Of a stretch of DNA of 18,738 nt, positions 7,820-15,590 are shown piece after piece. Below the pieces are notes generated by a model. The model worked only from the letters and a program-made list of their open reading frames with translations, searched no databases and was not told where the DNA came from. The position numbers and the translations under genes are program-made. Source of the DNA: an uncultured archaeon (lineage in GTDB: Archaea; Asgardarchaeota; Lokiarchaeia; Sigyniarchaeales; SOKP01); assembly GCA_964508365.1 (NCBI GenBank), contig CAZDTP010000065.1, positions 1 to 18,738 of the forward strand, in the 5' to 3' direction. The stretch's first letter is position 1. Every line of letters begins with the position of its first letter.

Positions 7820-9463
7820 TCACTCTGCAAACTCAACATATTTTTGGTCAAAGTATTTAACCACAAGAAATTTGGTAGGATTAAATGGTGAAACATTTCC
7901 ACGGAAATTTTTTAGCTCTTTATTAAATTTATCTTCAAATTCTCGTGAAAACTCATCAAGTTTTTTAAATAGAACGGGTAATTCCATAGTCGTAATTAAT
8001 GCAACAATATGATGCTTTCCATAAGTAAATAATAGATTAACTTCCTCTTTTTGAATTTGTCTAAGTTCTTTCTTACTATGGGTTATTTCAGAAATTATCA
8101 TAATAATCCCGGATAGCACACCAGATACTAGATCCTCATCAAAGTCAGCTTTAGCTTCTCCTTCTTTAAATAATTCTTTATGTTCAAAATTTTGGTTATA
8201 GAGACAGACTCCATGCTTATTGAAAACGAAAATATTTTTTAATGTAGTTGCCCATTCTTTTTCTTTAGATACTAAGAATTCTTTCATTGCCATCATCCAA
8301 ACCAAAAGGATCACTAAAAGAAATGCATTCAATAGATCTGGAAAGTTCGGTATAAAATTATTGAGTCCAGGAAATATATAATACATATCATTTATCCACC
8401 GACTAAATGTAAATCCGATAATTACTCCAAAGAGTAATAGAGACATATTAAATCCATTAATTCGACCTCTAAATTTCAAGTTTCCTCTCTCTGTTGAAAA
8501 ATCTCCCGAGATTGTAAAAATTGCGAGTAAGAGAGGTAATATAGAAAACCCATAATGAATAGAGAGGAATACTTTTCTAGGGAGCCCAAAAATGTATGAT
8601 GCTTCAATAAATGCCCCGTTAGATATAAGAAAAAATGATAGAACAAAAATTCCTAGTACTATAGATATTTTACGACCAATATTATCCAAAGCGCACCCAG
8701 CAAAAAGAAGATATATAAAAGATGCTATTCCATAGATAATAAAATCTACTTCAAAACTATATCTAGCCAATAAATCTCCCAGAATAAAACTTAGTATAAA
8801 AAAACTTGAAGCATATCGAAAAAAATGCTTTTCGAAAATAATATTTAGATATTTCTTATCTGATTTCAAACGTTCTTTTGTCTCCACATATTTATACTTT
8901 CTAGAACACCAGATTATAACCATAAAGATTCCAAGCTCTAAAACACTGAAATATATATATAAATATTCAAAAATTATGAATATTAAAGAAATAAACGCAA
9001 TTGAAAAACCAGAAATCAAAAAATAGGCTGCTAATCTTCCCCGGTTTAATATATTAGTTTCATGAACGAATATTGTAAACCAAGTTATAATCAACTGAGG
9101 AATTGTTATTAGAATAACAAATAAACCAAAATAATAAAGAATTAATCCAGGTAACGCACTTATGAAAAGTCCAATAATACAAATGAGCAGTGTTAAATTA
9201 AAATATCTAGTTTTATTTTTAAAAATATCAACCAATATTCCGGATACGAGAAAGCTTGAAGCAAGAACAATTAAAAAAATATATACATCTACCCCAACAA
9301 TTAAAACACCACTCGTTAACATGGCGTATTTAAACAAAAACGCCACAGCTATGAGTGTAATAGATAAAAAGGAGAAAAATAAATAAACTGATGTGTTCTT
9401 TGGTAAATTGATATCACGAATAAATACCCTAATGAACCAGTTCTTAACAGTTTCTTTTTTCAT
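7820..9463 (-). CDS. 12-TM MFS-fold membrane protein with a C-terminal longin-like domain
   Basis: About 12 hydrophobic segments in two blocks split by a charged loop (KYKYVETKERLKSDKK). Motif-A-like SGILVDIFKNK and AGCALDNIGRK, and ET...NRGR / GDF...FRGR loops. Soluble C-terminal ~140 aa: KNIFVFNKHGVCLY...LVSGVLSGI...FEDKFNKELKNFRGNVSPF. Confidence 0.7.
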   Translation of the reverse strand: MKKETVKNWFIRVFIRDINLPKNTSVYLFFSFLSITLIAVAFLFKYAMLTSGVLIVGVDVYIFLIVLASSFLVSGILVDIFKNKTRYFNLTLLICIIGLFISALPGLILYYFGLFVILITIPQLIITWFTIFVHETNILNRGRLAAYFLISGFSIAFISLIFIIFEYLYIYFSVLELGIFMVIIWCSRKYKYVETKERLKSDKKYLNIIFEKHFFRYASSFFILSFILGDLLARYSFEVDFIIYGIASFIYLLFAGCALDNIGRKISIVLGIFVLSFFLISNGAFIEASYIFGLPRKVFLSIHYGFSILPLLLAIFTISGDFSTERGNLKFRGRINGFNMSLLLFGVIIGFTFSRWINDMYYIFPGLNNFIPNFPDLLNAFLLVILLVWMMAMKEFLVSKEKEWATTLKNIFVFNKHGVCLYNQNFEHKELFKEGEAKADFDEDLVSGVLSGIIMIISEITHSKKELRQIQKEEVNLLFTYGKHHIVALITTMELPVLFKKLDEFSREFEDKFNKELKNFRGNVSPFNPTKFLVVKYFDQKYVEFAE

Positions 9464-9584
9464 AAGAGCTAATTAGCAATGATTTTCCGCATTATTTGTT
9501 AGGAGCACTTTATATTTAATGTTTATGTAAAGATTTTCTCATAAATTTTATTTGGAAACCATTTCTTTTTATATATGATGCAAT

Positions 9585-10070
9585 GTGGATAAGATTAAAC
9601 GAATTCTCTTACAATGTTTTGGAAATACCGCTAGATCCCCAGCAGCTGAATATTTAGCACGATATTATGCTAATAAAAAAGGCGCTAATTTAACTTTTGA
9701 GAGTGCTGGTTTTATAAATGCTTTTTCATACATGCAACCAGAATCTCAAGAATATTTGAATGCTAAAGGCATAAATCATTCTGATTTTTGCCCTCAAATT
9801 ATCAATCGGAAATTGCTTGAAAAACAGGATTTGATTATAACAATGGAGGCATCGCATGCTCAAGAAATAAGAGATAATTACCCTGGGATTGTTGATATCG
9901 ATAAAAAGACATTCACTCTAAGAGAATTTAACGGAGAAACAGAAGAATTAGATATTATTGATCCATATTACACTAGTACTAACACCTACCAGAAAGTTCT
10001 TAGAATCATTGATGAAAATATCGAAAAAATGATAAATAAAATAATACAGATTAATCAATTAAAATCGTAA
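9585..10070 (+). CDS. Low-molecular-weight phosphatase (LMW-PTP fold), copy 2
   Basis: P-loop CFGNTARS (Cx5R intact, second Cys replaced by Ala), FESAG, QDLIITME and IIDPYY. GTG start. Confidence 0.85.
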   Translation: MDKIKRILLQCFGNTARSPAAEYLARYYANKKGANLTFESAGFINAFSYMQPESQEYLNAKGINHSDFCPQIINRKLLEKQDLIITMEASHAQEIRDNYPGIVDIDKKTFTLREFNGETEELDIIDPYYTSTNTYQKVLRIIDENIEKMINKIIQINQLKS

Positions 10071-10094
10071 TGATATAGTAAGAGAATTCTATAT

Positions 10095-10580
10095 ATGATA
10101 AGAAGCATTCTGTTTATTTGCTATGCAAACACATGCCGAACTCCAGCAGCGGAAAAATTAGCCGAACATTACGCTAAAAAATACAATCTAAAAGGAGTTT
10201 CATTCGATTCAGCAGGTTTGCACATCGCTTTCGATCATGCTCAATTAGAAACTATCGATTATATTACATCTAAAGGAATTGAATTGGAAGATTTTAGACC
10301 TAAATCTATTACGCGATCGTTGATAGAGAAACAAGATCTTATTATTGGCATGGAAAAATACCAATTAACAAAGATCCGAAATAATTATAAGGATATGAAA
10401 GAGTTTCTGAAGGGTAAGTTATATACTTTAAAAGAGTTCAATGGCGCGGGAAAACAAGACCTCAACATTCCAGATCCTTACAAAACTGGCAGAAAACGAT
10501 ACTTCGAGATTCTCGAAATAGTAGAAAAAAATATCGAACGCCTTGTTCAGAAAGTTAAAAAGATTAATCAGCTGAATTAA
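10095..10580 (+). CDS. Low-molecular-weight phosphatase (LMW-PTP fold), copy 3
   Basis: P-loop CYANTCRT, FDSAG, QDLIIGME and IPDPYK. Starts 24 bp after copy 2. Confidence 0.85.
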   Translation: MIRSILFICYANTCRTPAAEKLAEHYAKKYNLKGVSFDSAGLHIAFDHAQLETIDYITSKGIELEDFRPKSITRSLIEKQDLIIGMEKYQLTKIRNNYKDMKEFLKGKLYTLKEFNGAGKQDLNIPDPYKTGRKRYFEILEIVEKNIERLVQKVKKINQLN

Positions 10581-10678
10581 ATATGAAAACGATATTCTAA
10601 TCAGTTTTTAGAGATTGCTTACACTTCTGTAAAATATCTTATTTAATAAGTCGTAATATTTAAAATTTCAAACACTAT

Positions 10679-11257
10679 TTGAAAAGATATACAAATATTC
10701 TTAGAATGCTATTTATGAACCAAATAACGATTAATAACGCAGTTATTGAAATATTCGTCGGCGATTTAATCAAAGTACAATATGATGTAATTGTAATTCC
10801 TACAAACAGTCGCCTTTTGCCAAGCGGTACTTTGCGGTGCAAGGTATTAAAAGAAGCCGGACATACTATACAGGTAGAATGTAATCAGATTATAAGAAAA
10901 ATATCCAATGTTCCAATTGGAAGTGCAATAATCACATCTGGCGGTAATTTAAATGCTAATTTCGTATTTCACGTAAGAGCAGGCCACGATCAAAAAAAAT
11001 TGATGTTGGCAACTTGGAATTCATTAATTCTTGCTGATAAAGAAGGTTTATCTTCAATTGCATTCCCTCCTATATCAATAGATGTTTTGGGGTTTAATGC
11101 TAAGATTTGCGCTGGAATAATGATTCCAACGATTCAGAAATACATCTTAGAGAAGAATAGAAATTTAAAAAATGTCTCAGTCTGTCTTGAAACCTTGCCT
11201 GAGTACAAAGAATTTGAAAGGGTTCTTAGTAATTTGACTACTTCTATTCTTTCTTAG
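10679..11257 (+). CDS. Macro domain (ADP-ribose-binding fold) protein with degenerate motifs; true start probably ATG at 10715
   Basis: IEIFVGDL, DVIVIPTN, VLKEAG, PIGSAIITSGGNLNANFVFH and SIAFPPIS match the MacroD/YmdB layout. Canonical NAAN and GGGV are replaced by IPTN and PSGTL. Confidence 0.8.
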   Translation: MKRYTNILRMLFMNQITINNAVIEIFVGDLIKVQYDVIVIPTNSRLLPSGTLRCKVLKEAGHTIQVECNQIIRKISNVPIGSAIITSGGNLNANFVFHVRAGHDQKKLMLATWNSLILADKEGLSSIAFPPISIDVLGFNAKICAGIMIPTIQKYILEKNRNLKNVSVCLETLPEYKEFERVLSNLTTSILS

Positions 11258-11451
11258 ACTTCGTGATGTTTTATTATTTTTGTTTGTTCTTTTTGCTTGA
11301 TAATTATTCAAAAAATGTAACTTTTTAAAACAATAATCTATGTTATATGTAAGATTTTTAGTTCTAGTATAAATCAAATTCACATCTGATTTAAAAATCG
11401 AATTGAATTTGAACATTCAAAAACAATAAATTAGGGTAAGGGGATTCCTTT

Positions 11452-12015
11452 TTGGAAACAAATGGCATAAATGAGAATTTTTTAAACGATTTAAATAGAA
11501 GTATTAAAAATGATATCTCAAATATTAATTCACTAAAGGGATTTGAAATAATTTCTGAATCTATAGTCTACAAAATTCTTGACATATTCGGAAGAAACAG
11601 TTTGCTTTCAATGTTGTATCAAACAGGGTCAGGACCAGGAGAAGCAATCGCTAAAATAATAAAAAAAAAATATGCAAAGGATGACTTTGAGATTTTTGAG
11701 GCTGTAAAACTCTTAATGATTGAGTTAAGAGATTTTTACTCAATACAAATTAGAGAAGTTCAAGAATATCCTGATCATTTCAAAGTAATTATAGAAAATT
11801 ATTGCTTTTTACGAGCACCTTATAGCGATAGGGAGAAACTTAAACCGGGCAAAGCATTTTGCCGTATTAATAAAGGATATTTTGAAACTGCCTTTAGAAA
11901 ACTATTAGGAGATAAATTAAAAAAAGTAGAAATTAATTTTCTTCACGACGATCTCGAAAATGATGTTTGTGTAGAAGAGCTAATCTTTTATCCTAATCTT
12001 GAAACATCTAAATGA
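11452..12015 (+). CDS. V4R / Bet3(TRAPPC3)-like fold protein
   Basis: Helical N-terminus with LYQTGxGPG, then IENYCF...FCRINKGYFETAF...DVCVEELIF. This is the three-Cys spacing and CxxxxGYFxxxF helix typical of V4R domains. TTG start. Confidence 0.6.
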   Translation: METNGINENFLNDLNRSIKNDISNINSLKGFEIISESIVYKILDIFGRNSLLSMLYQTGSGPGEAIAKIIKKKYAKDDFEIFEAVKLLMIELRDFYSIQIREVQEYPDHFKVIIENYCFLRAPYSDREKLKPGKAFCRINKGYFETAFRKLLGDKLKKVEINFLHDDLENDVCVEELIFYPNLETSK

Positions 12016-12017
12016 AA

Positions 12018-12329
12018 TTACAAAATATCTTTAGACAGTATTTCCAATACTTTAGCCAATTTCATTTTTTTTTCCTCCATTAATGGACCAGCAGCAGCTG
12101 TAGCGGGTCCAATAGATCCCATTCCTAATTTTTCATGGATTTGCCAGTAGGCTTCTTCATAGATTTCCGTTTTTTTATTATAATCCTTTCGAAAATCTTG
12201 AAATGCCTTGTCAATTATCACATCTGCGGTCTTATCAAGTTCTTTTAATCTTTGATTAATATATTCTCCCGTTATATCTTTACCTGTATCAGGATCAATC
12301 ATCCTTTGCACCATGTTGTTCTTCTGCAA
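12018..12329 (-). CDS. Hypothetical helical protein (start uncertain: TTG 12329, ATG 12314 or ATG 12302)
   Basis: Non-overlapping ORF with natural charged composition, convergent with the V4R gene (2-bp gap). No recognised family. Confidence 0.65.
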   Translation of the reverse strand: MQKNNMVQRMIDPDTGKDITGEYINQRLKELDKTADVIIDKAFQDFRKDYNKKTEIYEEAYWQIHEKLGMGSIGPATAAAGPLMEEKKMKLAKVLEILSKDIL

Positions 12330-12602
12330 TTTCTTCTTTTCTATCTTTCATGAGATGTATGACACTACTCAAACCGAAATTTTTAATACAATAATGATTT
12401 CTTCAAGAGGATAATAATAACTGAGGTATAAAATTCTTCTTATGATGGAAGATCCGTTTTTTCATTATATTCAAATAGATCATATATTTGTACTTTTTAA
12501 GATACGAAATGTCAAAGATTAAAAAAAAAATTGAATTAGTTTACATATTACAATCTGATTTTAATAAACAATAAAATAAAATTTTAAAGAGGAAATATAA
12601 AA

Positions 12603-13778
12603 ATGGCTGAAATTAAAAACATTGTTTTGATTGGTGCTGGTTTAATGGGTCATAACGCCGCTCAAATCTGTCTGATGGCGGGTTATAATGTTACATTAGT
12701 TGACATCAAGGACGAATTTGTTGATGCTGGTGTTGCTAAAATTGATGAAGGTTTAAAAAAACTTGGAGCGAAAGGAAAATTAGGTGAGGGCGTTTCTGCT
12801 GCAAATCTGATGGGAAATTTGAAAAAATCAATAGATATTGCAAGTGCAGTAAAAAATGCGGATTTCGTTATAGAAGCAGTTGTCGAGAAGATGGATGTTA
12901 AAAAACAGGTTTTTAAAACTTGTGATGAAAATGCTCCTCCACATTGCATCTTAGCAACGAATACTTCAACAATGAGCATTACTGAAATCGCTAGCGCAAC
13001 AAATAGAGAAGATAAAGTGATAGGCATGCACTTTTTCAATCCCCCTATTTTAATGAGACTAATAGAAATAATTGCGGGTGAAAAAAGCTCTGATGAATCA
13101 ATGGATATTGGTGTTGAATTAGGAGAAAAGCTTCCTTGTTTAAAAGGAAAAAGGTTCGTTCCAAAAGTCTTGAAAGATCGTCCTGGGTTTATTGTCAATC
13201 GCTTAAATGCACCAGTTCAAATTTATCTTAACTGGGTATTTGATCAAGCAGCTGAAAAGGGAATACCATGGGAACAAATCGATGCTGATGCTGCTGGTTT
13301 AATGCCAATGGGACCTTGTGAACTTGCGGATTATGTCGGAATTGATACTATGTTTCATGTAGGTAATTATTATGCAGAAACATTATCTCCTGATTTTAAA
13401 CCAGGAAAAGTTATTACAAAGATGGTCGAAGAGAATAAACTCGGACGAAAATCGCCTCAAGGATTTTTCGATTGGTCAGCAGGCAGACCTAAAATAGATA
13501 AATCTAAAAAAGCAGGATTATTTACTGTTGAAAATTCCATGGCTATTATGCTAAACGAAGGTTGTCGCCTATTAGACGAGAAGGTCGTAACGGGATTCAA
13601 GGTAATCGACGAGGCGAACATGGCTGGAATGAATACTCCTGGACCTTTTGGTGGTGGTAAAAATCAATTTGAGAAGTGGTCAACCCTTCTAGATGAATTA
13701 GCAAACAAAACTGGAAAAGACTACCTGAGACCTTGTAAACTAATGAAGTCTGGTGGCTTTGTTAAAATGCGAAAGTAA
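12603..13778 (+). CDS. 3-hydroxyacyl-CoA dehydrogenase (NAD-binding domain plus C-terminal domains)
   Basis: Rossmann LIGAGLMG, FVIEAVVE, ILATNTSTM, catalytic GMHFFNPP, DRPGFIVNR, PMGPCELADYVGID, and a second degenerate C-domain (NEGCRLLDE...GPF). Confidence 0.92.
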   Translation: MAEIKNIVLIGAGLMGHNAAQICLMAGYNVTLVDIKDEFVDAGVAKIDEGLKKLGAKGKLGEGVSAANLMGNLKKSIDIASAVKNADFVIEAVVEKMDVKKQVFKTCDENAPPHCILATNTSTMSITEIASATNREDKVIGMHFFNPPILMRLIEIIAGEKSSDESMDIGVELGEKLPCLKGKRFVPKVLKDRPGFIVNRLNAPVQIYLNWVFDQAAEKGIPWEQIDADAAGLMPMGPCELADYVGIDTMFHVGNYYAETLSPDFKPGKVITKMVEENKLGRKSPQGFFDWSAGRPKIDKSKKAGLFTVENSMAIMLNEGCRLLDEKVVTGFKVIDEANMAGMNTPGPFGGGKNQFEKWSTLLDELANKTGKDYLRPCKLMKSGGFVKMRK

Positions 13779-13804
13779 GTGAAAAATCTAAATCTAAGTC
13801 ATGC

Positions 13805-13820
13805 TTTTTTTCTTTTTTTT
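13805..13820 (+). terminator. Oligo-T tract (T7-C-T8), probable terminator
   Basis: About 27 bp after the dehydrogenase stop codon. Confidence 0.4.
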
Positions 13821-13997
13821 AAACTCTAATATTTGGTTATTCCATTTAGTTGCTTTCAAAGATCTAAAAAATTAATAAAAATGAAAAATTTGAAAGTTTT
13901 TAATTTTAATAAAGATAATACTAATTATTCTAAATTCATAATATTTCTACAAAATAGAACAATAAAAAAGAATATGGTTTAATGAAAGGTAATTAAA

Positions 13998-14951
13998 ATG
14001 GCTGAAAATCTTAAGTTTGAAAATTTAAAAATTGAGTGGCCAACCACTAAAGATGATGAGGGAAATATAATTAGACAAGGAACGATAGATGGAAATTATG
14101 CTGTAATATCTATTAATCGTCCAGACAGGTTAAATGCTTTAACTGAACAAGTTGTTGCTGAAATTTCTCAAGCATTAAGGATAATGGAACTTGACGAATC
14201 TGTTCGTGCTGTAGTCTTGAGAGGTACCAAAGATTTTACAAAGAAACCTGCTTTTTCTGCTGGTGCTGACCTTGCAGCTATGGTAGATAAAAGACTGAAA
14301 ATGAACGTTCCCATGCATATGAGTATAGCAATGAGAATAAGACATCGAGATTATGATGAACTTGAACAGTTTTCTAAACCTTTAATTGCTGCTGTTGATG
14401 GATTTGCATTGGGTGGAGGATTCGAGTTAGTACTAGCATGTGATATTGTTATTGCAAGCGACAGAGCAATCTTTGGAACACCAGAAATTCATCGTGGAAT
14501 TTTTTCTGCTAACGGAGGTGTAACCAGACTAGCTGAAAGAATAGGAGTCAATAGAGCAATGCGCGTAGGATATTTTGGTGAACAGTTCGATGCAAAAACT
14601 ATGCTTGATTGGGGTTTAGTAAGTTGGATAGGCTCCGCTGGTGACGAATTTGAAAAATTAGTTCATGAAAAAGCTAAATGGTTGGGAGATGCTCCAACAA
14701 CTGCTTTATTTATTATAAAGAAATGTGTTAAGTTTGGAACAAGAAATATCCAATTAGGCATTATAATGGAACAATTTGGTTTTGGTATTAATAGTGCAAG
14801 TTCAGATTCTAAAGAGGGAGTTGCAGCGTTTAATAGGAAAGTCAAATGTCCTGTATGTAATGGTAAGGGAAAAATGGAGGATGAGAGTACCTGTAAAAAC
14901 TGTGGGGGTAACAAAAGAATAAAAGATACCCCCCATTTCAAAGGGATGTAA
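13998..14951 (+). CDS. Enoyl-CoA hydratase/isomerase (crotonase) with a C-terminal zinc-knuckle insertion
   Basis: INRPDRLNAL, oxyanion loop FSAGADL, KPLIAAVDGFALGGGFEL and FGTPE (both catalytic Glu present). Ends KEGVAAF...PHFKG with CPVCNGKG...CKNCGGNK inserted. Confidence 0.92.
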   Translation: MAENLKFENLKIEWPTTKDDEGNIIRQGTIDGNYAVISINRPDRLNALTEQVVAEISQALRIMELDESVRAVVLRGTKDFTKKPAFSAGADLAAMVDKRLKMNVPMHMSIAMRIRHRDYDELEQFSKPLIAAVDGFALGGGFELVLACDIVIASDRAIFGTPEIHRGIFSANGGVTRLAERIGVNRAMRVGYFGEQFDAKTMLDWGLVSWIGSAGDEFEKLVHEKAKWLGDAPTTALFIIKKCVKFGTRNIQLGIIMEQFGFGINSASSDSKEGVAAFNRKVKCPVCNGKGKMEDESTCKNCGGNKRIKDTPHFKGM

Positions 14952-14955
14952 TCTC

Positions 14956-14964
14956 TTTTTTTTT
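14956..14964 (+). terminator. Oligo-T tract, probable terminator
   Basis: T9 run immediately after the hydratase stop codon, followed by further T-rich sequence. Confidence 0.4.
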
Positions 14965-15041
14965 CCCATTTATTTTTATTTTAAATTAAATTCTAAATCC
15001 TTTCTATAATTTTATTAACTATTCTTATTATTAAACAAGTA

Positions 15042-15590
15042 ATGGAAGGTATCGAAGTTATTGAGGAAATAAATGATGGAAATCTCTATCTTCGTAAAAT
15101 ATCTAAAGAAGATATTGCATTTTTCTTTCAGAGTTTGAAAAATAGAGATATGACCAATTATCTATCGCTTGGACCTTTAATGTCTTACGAACATTCAAAA
15201 AGATTAATAAAAAACTATTTAAAATCATGGGAAAATTACCTCCAGTTTAATTATGTAATTGAATTAAGGGATAATCAAAAAACAACTAGAATTGGTTCTG
15301 TTAGTCTATGGAATATCAATTGGTTTCATCAACGTTCTGGAATAGGTATATGGATTCTCCCAACATTTTGGGAACGTGGGATTGGTAAGAAAACTATAAC
15401 ATTGATAAAAAATATTGGGTTTAATCATTTGAAACTGAACAGGATTGAAGCCCATATAGCTATAGAAAATGATAGATCGATTAAAACCTTTAAAAAATGT
15501 GGTTTTATTGAAGAAGGCACCCTGAAAGGATACCTTAATATCAACGGGGGCTTTCAAGATGCTCTCTTGGTAGCTTGTTTTAAAAATTAG
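15042..15590 (+). CDS. GNAT N-acetyltransferase, RimJ/RimL family
   Basis: LYLRKISKED, IGSVSL, GIGIWILPTFWERGIGK (acetyl-CoA loop), LKLNRIEAHIAIENDRS and KCGFIEEGTL. Confidence 0.9.
   Translation: MEGIEVIEEINDGNLYLRKISKEDIAFFFQSLKNRDMTNYLSLGPLMSYEHSKRLIKNYLKSWENYLQFNYVIELRDNQKTTRIGSVSLWNINWFHQRSGIGIWILPTFWERGIGKKTITLIKNIGFNHLKLNRIEAHIAIENDRSIKTFKKCGFIEEGTLKGYLNINGGFQDALLVACFKN

Noticed and set aside
9162-9386. 74-aa plus-strand ORF
   Set aside because: Antisense shadow of the MFS-longin gene.
7268-10580. Arsenate reductase (ArsC) call for the three LMW-PTP-fold genes
   Set aside because: They lack the downstream resolving Cys pair of thioredoxin-linked ArsC (DLxxT/GME or TFE instead of TLC...CP), keep DP(Y/F) acid loops, and have no arsR, arsB or acr3 nearby.
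10638-10650. Short palindrome CTTATT-T-AATAAG upstream of the macrodomain gene
   Set aside because: A 6-bp AT-rich arm is expected by chance at this base composition, and I found no second copy.
2090-11257. Functional link between nadB (NAD synthesis) and the macrodomain (ADP-ribose)
   Set aside because: They are 7 kb apart, on opposite strands and separated by unrelated genes. Nothing in the sequence supports co-regulation.
11177-11416. 79-aa minus-strand ORF
   Set aside because: Overlaps the macrodomain 3' end, is mostly AT-rich intergenic sequence, and is low in complexity.
12683-15557. Minus-strand ORFs 12683-13198, 14663-14941 and 15306-15557
   Set aside because: Antisense shadows of the dehydrogenase, hydratase and GNAT genes.
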